Origin: an uncultured Gammaproteobacteria bacterium
Lineage (GTDB): Bacteria > Patescibacteriota > Microgenomatia > Levybacterales > UBA12049
NCBI GenBank assembly: GCA_964603935.1
Contig: CAZRWL010000004.1
Span: 1-60,691 of the forward strand
DNA: 60,691 bases
Direction of reading: 5' to 3'
The position numbers and the translations under genes are program-made. Numbering within the stretch: the stretch's first letter is position 1; each line of letters begins with the position of its first letter. Positions 35,825 to 45,221 of the stretch are shown in pieces. Below the pieces are notes generated by a model. It saw only the letters and a program-made list of their open reading frames with translations. It had not been told where the DNA came from and ran no database searches.

Positions 35825-36963
35825 TTTCCTACGATAATAACTATATCTTTTGCGTCGTCTTCTGCAAGATTAGCTGATGCGCTTGCTACTATAAAAGATG
35901 CGACTTTGATATCTTTTTTCAAAATGTACAGAAAATCACTAAAGTCTTTTTTCGTCTGAATGTTTATGTCTAAATAATCAAAATTGTCAGCGTTGCTAAT
36001 TCCGACCACATTGTACCCAAAATCCTTGAGAATATCCCTCATTTGATTCGCCACACCAACATCTCCCGCCCCATTTTCAACAAAGATTTTGGGAATACTG
36101 CGATTAATTTCAGTCGGAGTATCAAAACCAATAATTAGATCGTAAGCTTTACTATCCTCACTTTTGTATACTTCCAGAAAAGGAATTGGGAAATTTCCGG
36201 ATGCATCCATTAAAGACTGATATCCGACATGTCTTTCCAATCCTAACGCGGGGTCCATCACAATTACCCCGCTCTCATCATAACCGTTTATAACAACTGA
36301 GTGTTCCCCTTTAACAACTTTTACTTTTCCGTAAGATAAAGCATCGTCGATGGATTTTTCGTATCCGATTTTTATCCAAGCCATAACTAAATGTCCTGAG
36401 GAAATTGCTCTTTGAATTGATGAGACAGTTGAATTATTGATATAGATCGGTTTTGAAATTAATCGGTAATTTTCGAAAAGATCAAAGAAAGGCGGCGCGT
36501 GAATTCCGTAATATTCAGATCCTCCAAATCCTTTATCTAAATTCGCATATAGACTTTCTGAATTTGATGTATTCCCCATCCGCAATCCCACATTGGGATT
36601 TTTTGAAATTGCGACTTTGTTGATTAAGGTTTTTTCAGCTGTCAGCTCATTGTTAACTGCAAGATTAGGATTATTGGTAAAATGAAAAATGATACTTGAT
36701 GCAACCGCAAATTCACAGCTTAGATTAAAAGCTTGCTTGCGGGGCGTTAGGAAAATTTCGTAACTTGGCGGAAAAACTAACTTGGGATCAGATTTAGCTC
36801 CCAACACCAAATTACTATTTCCTGCTGGATCAAAAGCAAACTGCTTCTGAGGAAACTTTACGATATTTTTAGGCGGTTTGGGAGTATCAAAAAACCAAAA
36901 CCAAAAGATAGTATAAAGCGAAAACAAAACAGATCCTGCAACAATTATTTTCCAATTCCGCAT
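35821..36963 (-). CDS. C39-like peptidase fused to a LytR_C domain, membrane-anchored
   Basis: Q...SCE, EHSVVINGYD, MDP triad; C-terminal VENGAGDVGVA...DIVIIVGK. Confidence 0.8.
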   Translation of the reverse strand: MRNWKIIVAGSVLFSLYTIFWFWFFDTPKPPKNIVKFPQKQFAFDPAGNSNLVLGAKSDPKLVFPPSYEIFLTPRKQAFNLSCEFAVASSIIFHFTNNPNLAVNNELTAEKTLINKVAISKNPNVGLRMGNTSNSESLYANLDKGFGGSEYYGIHAPPFFDLFENYRLISKPIYINNSTVSSIQRAISSGHLVMAWIKIGYEKSIDDALSYGKVKVVKGEHSVVINGYDESGVIVMDPALGLERHVGYQSLMDASGNFPIPFLEVYKSEDSKAYDLIIGFDTPTEINRSIPKIFVENGAGDVGVANQMRDILKDFGYNVVGISNADNFDYLDINIQTKKDFSDFLYILKKDIKVASFIVASASANLAEDDAKDIVIIVGK

Positions 36964-36976
36964 CACAACAATTCTA

Positions 36977-38164
36977 CTATGCGCCAATTTTAAACTCTAC
37001 GACATCCCCATCCTGCATGATGTAATCCCGGCCTTCGAGGCGCGCCTTGCCGTTTTCCCGAGCGCCTTTCCAACCGTTTAAGCTAACAAACTCCGAATAA
37101 GAAACAACTTCTGCTTTGATAAATTTTTTTGTAAAATCAGTATGAATCACTCCTGCCGCATCAACTGCCTTCATCCCTTTCTGAATGGTCCAAGCCCTAA
37201 CTTCTTTTTCTCCGGCTGTTAAAAAAGAAATTAAACCAAGTTTTTCATATGCTCTTCTTATCAGGTGCTCAAGCCCTGACTCTTTAAGCCCCAATTCTGA
37301 AAGATATTGCTTTTGCTCGTCTCCTGACAATTCCGACAAATCAGATTCTATTTTCGCGCAAATTACAACCATATTATCCAAATTGTCATGCTGAACTGGT
37401 TTCAGCATCTCCCTATATTTTTGAGCAATGGATTTGATCGCTTCCTCGTTATAATCCGCCTCAGACACATTCAGAATAATTATTTCCGGTTTTGCGGACA
37501 AAAGAAAAAAGGTGTTCGCGAATTCCTGTTCTTCTGGTGTTAAGATAATTTCTCTTGCAGGCTTTCCGCTATTTAGGTCTTTAAATAATTTTTCAATCGC
37601 TGTTTTTTCCGATTCTTTGGCAAATCTTTTTACCTTGCTTTGCGCAGATGTGATTGTTTGTAAATCTGCCAAAATTAATTCTGTCTCGATTGCCTCATAA
37701 TCTTCTTTCGGCCCGACGCTTCCTTCACGAATAATAGGGACTTGCCCTGAGCTGGCCGAAGGGTCTTCAAAAGCGCGGACAACATGAGCGATTATTGAAA
37801 CTTCGCGGATATGGGATAAAAACTTATTTCCCAATCCCGCCCCTTCCGACGCGCCCTTAACAAGTCCGGCAATGTCCACAAAGTTTACAGTAGCAGGTTT
37901 TATCGGCGGCCATTTACTTTTGTCCGTCCCTTCGTTGTCATGCTGAATACCCTTCGGGTACTTTGCTTGTTTCAGCATCTCCCCAGCCGTTATTTCCGCT
38001 AACTTTTCTAGTCTTTGATCCGGCACTGGAACAATACCGACATTCGGTTCAATAGTCGCAAAAGGATAATTCGCCACAAACGCTTGCTGCTTTTTCAAAA
38101 GCGCGTTAAACAAAGTGCTTTTGCCCACATTCGGCAGCCCCACAATCCCCACGCTCAGATTCAT
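36977..38164 (-). CDS. ychF: Redox-regulated ATPase YchF with three in-frame repeat insertions
   Basis: GIVGLPNVGKST, NYPFATIEPN, DIAGLV, GLGNKFL, TGS domain. Confidence 0.97.
   Translation of the reverse strand: MNLSVGIVGLPNVGKSTLFNALLKKQQAFVANYPFATIEPNVGIVPVPDQRLEKLAEITAGEMLKQAKYPKGIQHDNEGTDKSKWPPIKPATVNFVDIAGLVKGASEGAGLGNKFLSHIREVSIIAHVVRAFEDPSASSGQVPIIREGSVGPKEDYEAIETELILADLQTITSAQSKVKRFAKESEKTAIEKLFKDLNSGKPAREIILTPEEQEFANTFFLLSAKPEIIILNVSEADYNEEAIKSIAQKYREMLKPVQHDNLDNMVVICAKIESDLSELSGDEQKQYLSELGLKESGLEHLIRRAYEKLGLISFLTAGEKEVRAWTIQKGMKAVDAAGVIHTDFTKKFIKAEVVSYSEFVSLNGWKGARENGKARLEGRDYIMQDGDVVEFKIGA
37384..37411. repeat. Family A element, in frame in ychF (EMLKPVQHD)
   Basis: TGTCATGCTGAACTGGTTTCAGCATCTC. 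Confidence 0.9.
37936..37981. repeat. 46-bp expanded family A element, in frame in ychF
   Basis: Encodes EMLKQAKYPKGIQHD. Confidence 0.92.
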
Positions 38165-38167
38165 AAT

Positions 38168-39202
38168 CTATTTCCCCTTTAATACGTAATATGTTGCTTT
38201 TCCTTTTCCTTTTCTTTCAATTAAGCCTAATTTTCTAAGCTTTTTAAAATCCTGTGTTCTTGTTGCTTTTGCACGCTCTGTTAGTTTGGCATAATCACGA
38301 TCTTTTATAAAGCCCTTATCTTTAATAAAGCTAAGTATTCTCAAATGATAATCTTGCAGTTCCGTTTTGGGACTAACAGCAACTTTTGATAGAATTCCCT
38401 GAACTCTCAAAAGTTCATCTATAATACCCTCCGTAAAATATTCCAAAAAAGAAGTAAAATCGATTTTGCTCACTATTTCATAGTAATTGCCATATTCGCC
38501 TACCGTCTGGAAATATTTAGTTACATTTTTATTATAATAATTTTCAAAACTAAAAAGATTGAAAGTATTTAGTCCCATCGCCGCCAGCAATACTTTTGTC
38601 GCCAGACGCGTTGTCCTTCCGTTGCCATCCATGAACGGATGAATAATTACCATTTGCTTATGAAATATACCGGCCAAAATAAGAGAATCTATTTCGTTGA
38701 GATTTGTATTTACGAAGTTAATTAAATCTTCCATCAACGGCGCTACATCCTTAGCGTCCGGCGGTAAATAAACAATCTTACCCGATATTGGATCATTAAC
38801 CACCACAGGCTTCAAGCGGAGCTTGCCCGACTCAAAAATCGGAAGTAATCCCTCTGTGACCTGCTTTTGGATTTTTGAAATTAGCCTAACAGACATTCTT
38901 ATTTCATTATTATTTAATTGACTGTTTAAGTCCGAAAGGGCTTGATTATAATTTAGCACTTCTTTTTCGCTTTCGCGGACATGTGAAGGTCTGGACTTGA
39001 GAATTCTTTTAACCTCTGCTAGAGGAAGCGGGTTCCCCTCTATACTTGTTGAGGCATGTGCAGATAGCGCCTCAGCGCTTTTTTCCAATTCTGCCAATAC
39101 GATATGCGGAAATCGCCTATTATTTAATTCGCTAACAAGCGTGTTTATCCGTTTGATATTTGCCAGAAGTATATTTGTAATAACGTATCGGGGATTAAAC
39201 AT
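38168..39202 (-). CDS. Fic family protein with C-terminal winged HTH
   Basis: HPFMDGNGRTTR, STSIEGN, C-terminal DFKKL.KLGLIERKGKGKATYY. Confidence 0.93.
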   Translation of the reverse strand: MFNPRYVITNILLANIKRINTLVSELNNRRFPHIVLAELEKSAEALSAHASTSIEGNPLPLAEVKRILKSRPSHVRESEKEVLNYNQALSDLNSQLNNNEIRMSVRLISKIQKQVTEGLLPIFESGKLRLKPVVVNDPISGKIVYLPPDAKDVAPLMEDLINFVNTNLNEIDSLILAGIFHKQMVIIHPFMDGNGRTTRLATKVLLAAMGLNTFNLFSFENYYNKNVTKYFQTVGEYGNYYEIVSKIDFTSFLEYFTEGIIDELLRVQGILSKVAVSPKTELQDYHLRILSFIKDKGFIKDRDYAKLTERAKATRTQDFKKLRKLGLIERKGKGKATYYVLKGK

Positions 39203-39209
39203 AAAGATA

Positions 39210-39245
39210 TAGTCGTATTGTAGTCGATTGGTAGTCGATTGTCAA
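39210..39245 (-). promoter_or_regulatory. fic promoter with three TAGTCG direct repeats at an 11-bp period
   Basis: TAGTCG at 39210, 39221 and 39232; TTGACA on the minus strand at 39240-45. Confidence 0.6.
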
Positions 39246-39272
39246 TGCTAACGCCCCACAATCCCCCACAGC

Positions 39273-39941
39273 CTACAATCGAACTCCGGAGAAATCTGCT
39301 AGAGGCAGCTTTGATCCAATCGGCGGGCGAGATTTTGTAAGCGCAATTTTTTGAACACGCGCACTTCCTTTGACAACTTTTTGCAGACTGGAAGAGCGTT
39401 CATAATCTTCAGGAGTTACTATTAATGGCTCCAGCCGCAAGAACATGGGATTTTCCGCAACTATTTGAGGTGCATAGTGGTTTATCCAGTTAATATTGTA
39501 CTCGAAATCTAGAATCTCCAAACAACCCTTATTTTCCAGCACTCTCCACATTTCTCTCATAGCCGTTGTTTTAAGAAGAGCGCTAACCTCTTTTATGTTT
39601 TTTCTGACAGAGTCGTGAGACCTTTTCATCGACTCAACAAACCATTCTCTGACTAACGGAGGGAAATCGTTGGTAGCTAGCACATCGGGGTTATCAAAAA
39701 TTTGGCTAGCCGCAATTTTCCTATCGGTAAGTCCATTTACAATAAAATCCGCGCGAATACGGCTAACCGTTTCATTTCCGATAGGCAAATTAAAAACATC
39801 TCCGAGAATTAATTCTCCGTGCTGACCTTTTGGCATCTTAAAATCCAAACCAATGGCTCTCTCATGTTTTTGCTTTGCAGTCCAGGCTGCGCCTTTTTCT
39901 CCGCATCCTACAACAAGGATAACAGATTCTCTTTCAATCAT
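39273..39941 (-). CDS. Class I SAM-dependent methyltransferase-like protein with a large insertion
   Basis: ILVVGCG, GDVFNLP, AMREMWRVL..KG. Confidence 0.65.
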   Translation of the reverse strand: MIERESVILVVGCGEKGAAWTAKQKHERAIGLDFKMPKGQHGELILGDVFNLPIGNETVSRIRADFIVNGLTDRKIAASQIFDNPDVLATNDFPPLVREWFVESMKRSHDSVRKNIKEVSALLKTTAMREMWRVLENKGCLEILDFEYNINWINHYAPQIVAENPMFLRLEPLIVTPEDYERSSSLQKVVKGSARVQKIALTKSRPPIGSKLPLADFSGVRL

Positions 39942-40043
39942 ACCTGCAGTTTACCAAACAGAGGTCTTTTTATCAAAAGTTATGCGCCTGTATTGTGCAC
40001 CTGGAAGGTGAAAATGTATTTACACCTGAAGAAAAAGCCTAAA

Positions 40044-40093
40044 ATAGCAGAATTTTTAAAACAAGAAATGGTTTGGGGAATTTTAGCGAGACT
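40044..40093. repeat. AGAATTTT...GGTTTGGGGAATTTT boundary/promoter repeat
   Basis: Related copies at 40587-40636, 55081-55102 and 56621-56667. Confidence 0.65.
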
Positions 40094-40094
40094 C

Positions 40095-40376
40095 TTAACC
40101 CACTAATTGGATTTTGAGTTTCAGGCTTAAGGCTGATGCAATTTTCTGTATCAGGCCCACAGACGGATTTGCGCTCATGCTTTCAAGTCTGGAAATAACA
40201 GCTTGGGTTGTATTTGCCCTTTTAGCCAATTCCCGCTGGGAAATTTTCCTTTCAAGTCTGGCTGAAATAAGAGCTCTGCTTATCTGATATTCTGCTTCTG
40301 ACTCCTGCCAAGCTTTTCTAAAAGCCGGATCTTTTAGCCTATTCTTTAAATCTTGTCTAAAGGCATATAGTTTCAT
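40095..40376 (-). CDS. XRE-family HTH protein (HigA-like, no adjacent toxin)
   Basis: LKDPAFRKAW, ISQRELAKRANTTQAVISRLE, NPSV. Confidence 0.88.
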   Translation of the reverse strand: MKLYAFRQDLKNRLKDPAFRKAWQESEAEYQISRALISARLERKISQRELAKRANTTQAVISRLESMSANPSVGLIQKIASALSLKLKIQLVG

Positions 40377-40482
40377 AAATTGAATATATCCTAAAAGATA
40401 TCATTTTGTCAATGACGAAATACAATTGTTACACGTCTTCTGAATTGTCCCTTTAAAACGTCATCTCAATTGTCCTGTCGGT

Positions 40483-40566
40483 TGTCATTGCGAGGAGCGT
40501 TAGCGACGAAGCAATCTCTCTTTCAACTTAAGATTGCCACGCTCATTTCATTCGCTCGCAATGACA
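40483..40566. repeat. Paired palindromic element TGTCATTGCGAG...GCAATCT / AGATTGC...CTCGCAATGACA
   Basis: Terminal inverted repeat TGTCATTGCGAG/CTCGCAATGACA; shares TGTCAT...ATCT ends with family A. Confidence 0.85.
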
Positions 40567-40705
40567 AATTGGCTGTTTTGACAACAATAGAATTTTCAAA
40601 ATTCAAAAAATGGGCTTGGGGAATTTTAGCAAGACTTTCGCATTTTATCCTATTAGAACGAAACGACATCTGAAAACCCAAACGACAGGAGTTTAGTCAG
40701 GAGAT

Positions 40706-41458
40706 CTATTGAAGTACCGCCCAATTATCCGAATCTTCTTGACTATCAAAGTGGGGTCCTTCCCCTTGATACCGACATGGATTTTGATCTCTTTCTGCTT
40801 TGGAGATTAGAAGATCGTCTTTTGAAATACCTTTCCGCCGATATTCTGCCAATACGCTATCGCTCATGTGATCAAAAACTGAATCTAAATCTGAAAAAGG
40901 CGCTGTCCAACCATCTATTTTTTTGGGAGGAAAACCGCTTTTTCCATATACGATGTCAAAAGAATCTCCGCGCTTTTCAGAAATCGCAGCCCATCCAATC
41001 AGTTCCCCGGCTTTAACCTTATTACCCAACTTCAAATCAGATATTACATCTATATGCTGAACGCTAAACGACCATACCCCAAAAGGAGGCACCATAGCAA
41101 ATATTTGCATGGGGGTAATCCAAATTTCACCTTCAAGATTTTCGTTTGGATCGGAGCGAAGGTCCGCAACATAACCGTCATATGGGGAATAAATCTCAAT
41201 CGTTTTATTTTGGTTATATTCGGGTTTTACCCAAAAGTAGTGCTTCATATTCCTTCTTCCCTCCCTCTGATCTTGAGGAACAGTTACATGTCCTGCGCAA
41301 CTTCTGTACTTAGAAATCTTTTCTATTTTGTTCAAGTCAACAAAATTGGCAGTAATCACGGGTGGAAGCTTGCCTTGCGCGGACCTAAGAGACAGGAAAA
41401 TCATTGATATCAACCCTAAAATTAAAATGCCAATTCCTGCTAATATTCTTTTTAACAC
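40706..41458 (-). CDS. Exported hypothetical protein with an M23/hybrid-motif-like core
   Basis: N-terminal TM; IYSPYDGYV, H, VKAGELIG. Confidence 0.65.
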   Translation of the reverse strand: MLKRILAGIGILILGLISMIFLSLRSAQGKLPPVITANFVDLNKIEKISKYRSCAGHVTVPQDQREGRRNMKHYFWVKPEYNQNKTIEIYSPYDGYVADLRSDPNENLEGEIWITPMQIFAMVPPFGVWSFSVQHIDVISDLKLGNKVKAGELIGWAAISEKRGDSFDIVYGKSGFPPKKIDGWTAPFSDLDSVFDHMSDSVLAEYRRKGISKDDLLISKAERDQNPCRYQGEGPHFDSQEDSDNWAVLQ

Positions 41459-41510
41459 TACTTAAGTTAATCAAATTCCCTAAGCGATTGTCAAATTTAG
41501 TCACGTACTG

Positions 41511-42197
41511 TTATGCTGTAAATGGCAAATTATACTCTTCTTTCTGCAGAAAAGATTCTTTTTCCAAATCACTTAAGCTTTTAATAACCAAAAATTTACC
41601 TTGGCGGCCAATAATTTTTTTCCTTTCAATCTGCTTTATGATAATACTTACTGTTTCCCGGGTTATAACTGCAATATTGGCGATATCCTGATGTGTCAAG
41701 GGCAACTTAATAATAATATATCCATCTTTGCCTGTTTTTTCACCAAAACGCTTTGCCAAAATAACTAGAACCGAAATAATTCTGCTATACGCATTTCCGG
41801 AAAGAACATGTCCGATATTGATTATCAGCGCGTTCAAACCTGTCAGTATACGGCTGAATAATTCAAAAAGCACATCCGGATTTTCCTTGAGGAATATGAG
41901 GAGTTCTTCTTTTGGCGCCCGTTGCAACTGCACCTCCGACATCGCCTGATAAAAATATATATTCGGGATATTATTTATTGCCCAAATCATCGGGAAATAT
42001 GATCCCGCCTTAAAAATATTTACTGTTAGCTCTCTTCCGTCCTCCATGATCAAATTCATTTTTACATATCCTGATTTTACATAGCACACGCCCCGAGGCG
42101 TATCTTCACCCCTAATTACATTTTCTCCCTTTTTGTAAGTCAACACTTTAAATTTAGAAAAAAAATTATCAACCTTTTGCTGAATATTTTTATCCAT
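41511..42197 (-). CDS. Crp/Fnr family transcriptional regulator
   Basis: cNMP-like domain (YKKGE, VKSGYVK), LTHQDIA...TRETVS. Confidence 0.93.
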   Translation of the reverse strand: MDKNIQQKVDNFFSKFKVLTYKKGENVIRGEDTPRGVCYVKSGYVKMNLIMEDGRELTVNIFKAGSYFPMIWAINNIPNIYFYQAMSEVQLQRAPKEELLIFLKENPDVLFELFSRILTGLNALIINIGHVLSGNAYSRIISVLVILAKRFGEKTGKDGYIIIKLPLTHQDIANIAVITRETVSIIIKQIERKKIIGRQGKFLVIKSLSDLEKESFLQKEEYNLPFTA

Positions 42198-42279
42198 ACA
42201 AGTACTTTATACAATTTTAGAGCCAAATTTACAAATTTTATGCCGCATTTTTCTCTTAATACGCACGAAGAAAATATTT

Positions 42280-43470
42280 TTATTCATACCTTAATGCCTG
42301 GATGGGATCAAGGCGTGAGGCGCGGATTGCCGGAGCAACCCCGAAAATCACCCCGACCGCTGCTGAAAACCCAAACGACAAGAATACCGACCACAAAGGA
42401 ACTGTTGTGGTAAAAAACCTTCCGACAATTAATGACAACCCAACGCCAATCAAAATTCCTATTACTCCCCCAAACCCCGAAAGAACCACAGCTTCTATCA
42501 AAAACTGGTTTCTGATGTCAGACGGTTTTGCCCCGATTGCTTTTCTAAGCCCTATCTCCCTTGTTCTTTCCGTCACGGACACAAGCATAATATTCATAAT
42601 CCCGATTCCCCCGACTATCAGAGAGATTGCGGAAATTCCGCCCAAAGCCATAGCCAATACCCCTGTGATTTGCGATATGGTGGACAGAGTTTGTTCCTGA
42701 CTTTGAACGGTAAATTCATCCTCCGAAAGCCTTTTTTTGAGGATTTGCGTTGCCTTCGTCTGAACACTTTTAACCTCCTGCGAATTATTTACCGAAATAT
42801 ATATCGTATTCAGCCTGTCTATTCCGAACTGCCTTTGAGCGCTTGTTATAGGAATGAAAATAGAATTATCCTGATCTATGCCGAAGATTGATCCGCGCGA
42901 TGCCAAAACTCCAATCACCGTATATTTTAATCCCGCTACGTCAATTTTCCTGCCGATTGCCGATTTTGCTCCAAACAAACTACTCACTACTGTCGGGCCG
43001 ACAACCGCAACTTTGCGCAAACTTCGCTGTTCGGAAATCCTGAAAAATCTGCCCTCTGCAAGGGCAATGGAAATTGTTTGCGGATAATTTGCCTCAACGC
43101 CAAACACTGCAGCCCCTTTATCTGTTTTGCTTGCATATTTCAAGGTCGCCTGCCTTTGCACAACTGCGCTAATCTGCGCTTGGAAAGATAGCTTTGATCT
43201 TAAATTAACGCTATCCGCATAGACCAGCCTATTCGCCTGCACTCCTCCGGGAGATCTTGCGCCTCCGATTCTCCCCGGAATAACAAAAAGCAGATTTGCT
43301 CCCAGACCCTGTATCTGATTCGTAATAAAGGTTTTAAGACCGGTAACAATAGAAATGAGTAAAATTACCGAAGTTACGCCGATTACAATTCCCAAAACCG
43401 TTAAAAACGATCTCATCCTGTTAGCCAAAATAGAAGTAAAAGCTGATTTTGCTATTTCAAAAATATCCAT
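42280..43470 (-). CDS. MacB/FtsX-type ABC permease
   Basis: RSFLTVLGIVIG, GGIGIMNIMLVSVTERTREIGLRKA, PA.RA.RLDPI.ALR. Confidence 0.95.
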   Translation of the reverse strand: MDIFEIAKSAFTSILANRMRSFLTVLGIVIGVTSVILLISIVTGLKTFITNQIQGLGANLLFVIPGRIGGARSPGGVQANRLVYADSVNLRSKLSFQAQISAVVQRQATLKYASKTDKGAAVFGVEANYPQTISIALAEGRFFRISEQRSLRKVAVVGPTVVSSLFGAKSAIGRKIDVAGLKYTVIGVLASRGSIFGIDQDNSIFIPITSAQRQFGIDRLNTIYISVNNSQEVKSVQTKATQILKKRLSEDEFTVQSQEQTLSTISQITGVLAMALGGISAISLIVGGIGIMNIMLVSVTERTREIGLRKAIGAKPSDIRNQFLIEAVVLSGFGGVIGILIGVGLSLIVGRFFTTTVPLWSVFLSFGFSAAVGVIFGVAPAIRASRLDPIQALRYE

Positions 43471-43483
43471 ATCCTGAAAATTT

Positions 43484-44152
43484 CTAAAAAACACTCCCGT
43501 CTTTGATTTTTATAATTCTTTTTGCCTCTCTGGCAATATTTTTCTCATGAGTAATCATGATAATTGTTTTGCCCTCCCTATGCAGTTTTTTAAAAATCCG
43601 CATAATCTCCTCTCCTGATTTTGAATCCAAATTTCCTGTCGGTTCATCCGCCAGTAAAATTTCAGGGTTAGTTACCAAAGCCCTTGCAATAGCCACCCTT
43701 TGCTGCTGTCCTCCGGAAAGCTGATTAGAAAAAGATGTTAATTTATCACCTAATCCTACATCTTCCAATTCTTTTTTCGCGCGCATTTCCCTTTCCCCGC
43801 GCTCTACTCCCGCGTACATTAAAGGAAGAGTAACGTTGTCTAAAGCCGATGTCCGGGGCAGTAAATTAAACGCCTGAAAGACAAAGCCTATTTTTTTATT
43901 TCTGATTTCCGCAAGCTTATCCTCCGTAAAACAAGAAGTATCTTCGTGGTTTAATTCGTAAATGCCCCTTGTTGGTTTGTCCAAAAGACCGATTATATGC
44001 ATCAGGGTTGATTTGCCCGAGCCTGATGCTCCAATAATCGCAACGAACTCCCCTTTCTTAATTGAAATATTGACATTTTTTAAAGCTTGAAAGGACACTT
44101 CTCCGGTTTTGTAGATTTTGCTTATCTTTGAAAGCTTAACTGCTGTAATCAT
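43484..44152 (-). CDS. ABC ATP-binding protein (LolD/MacB-type)
   Basis: [25 protein letters not shown]. Confidence 0.96.
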   Translation of the reverse strand: MITAVKLSKISKIYKTGEVSFQALKNVNISIKKGEFVAIIGASGSGKSTLMHIIGLLDKPTRGIYELNHEDTSCFTEDKLAEIRNKKIGFVFQAFNLLPRTSALDNVTLPLMYAGVERGEREMRAKKELEDVGLGDKLTSFSNQLSGGQQQRVAIARALVTNPEILLADEPTGNLDSKSGEEIMRIFKKLHREGKTIIMITHEKNIAREAKRIIKIKDGSVF

Positions 44153-45183
44153 CTTGCTCTTATTCCGCTTCTATTATTTCGATTGATAGCATTTCCCGCG
44201 GATGGAGGATTCAAAAGTACTCTTTGTTTTTCCTGCAAGCCTTTAACAATTTCAACGCTTACGTCCGAACTGATTCCGGGACTAACTCCAACAGGAGTCA
44301 AACCCTTCTGCGACTGAACAAAAACAGTATTGTCTTCCCGCAAAGCCTCTATGGGAATTGTTAAGACATTTTTTGCGCTTTTTATTATGATTGTCGCTTC
44401 TCCGCTTAGGCCATTCACGAAATTCTCGGGAGAACTGTCAAGCCTTATTCTGACAGTAACCGCATTGGCTCCGGAAGAGGTAGTTTTAATCTGAGGTAAA
44501 ATTTTGGCAACCTCGCCTGCATACGCAGTCGGATATGCGTCAAGAGCTACAACTGCAGAAAGTCCGATTGTTATTTTTCCGATATCCGCTTCGTCAATAT
44601 CCGTATCGAAAAAAACTTGCGAATTATCAACCACCTGCGCAATTACATCTGCCGCTGAAACATTTTGTCCGGCCACATTAAGCGCTTGAATAACAATTCC
44701 CGGAATGGGAGAATACAAAACCGAATCACTCAGCGCTTGTTTGGCAGCCAATAACCCTTCATATGCGTTATCCTGCGCCGCCTCGGCTGTTGTCCTTGTC
44801 TGTCTTTGAGCAAAAGTTTCCGCATTGCCGACATCTTTTAAATCATCATGTATTTTGTCAACAATTGCCCTTTTGTCCCGCAAAGTATTTTCCGTTTCCC
44901 GCAAAGCAATATTCAAAGTCTCTGTATCCAAACCGCCGATAATTTGCCATTGAGAAACAATGTCTCCCGCGTCAACATTCATGTATGCTAATTTTCCGCT
45001 GGTTTTAAAATGCAAATTTACGCTGTTTTTTCCGGTCAACGTGCCGGCGCCCGAAACTTCCTCACGTATATTCTCTCTTTTAACAGAAACAAATTGAAGG
45101 GGAACAGGTTTTTTTCTATTTGAAAAAATAAAAAAACCAACCAGAATAATAGCAATAAATAAAATCCAGCCCCAATATTTCAC
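44149..45183 (-). CDS. Efflux membrane-fusion (MacA-like) protein
   Basis: TM anchor, lipoyl halves (SPIPG), IDEADI, EIVKGL. Confidence 0.9.
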   Translation of the reverse strand: MKYWGWILFIAIILVGFFIFSNRKKPVPLQFVSVKRENIREEVSGAGTLTGKNSVNLHFKTSGKLAYMNVDAGDIVSQWQIIGGLDTETLNIALRETENTLRDKRAIVDKIHDDLKDVGNAETFAQRQTRTTAEAAQDNAYEGLLAAKQALSDSVLYSPIPGIVIQALNVAGQNVSAADVIAQVVDNSQVFFDTDIDEADIGKITIGLSAVVALDAYPTAYAGEVAKILPQIKTTSSGANAVTVRIRLDSSPENFVNGLSGEATIIIKSAKNVLTIPIEALREDNTVFVQSQKGLTPVGVSPGISSDVSVEIVKGLQEKQRVLLNPPSAGNAINRNNRSGIRAR

Positions 45184-45221
45184 GCTACGGATTATATCAC
45201 GTTCTGATCTTCCGATTATTA

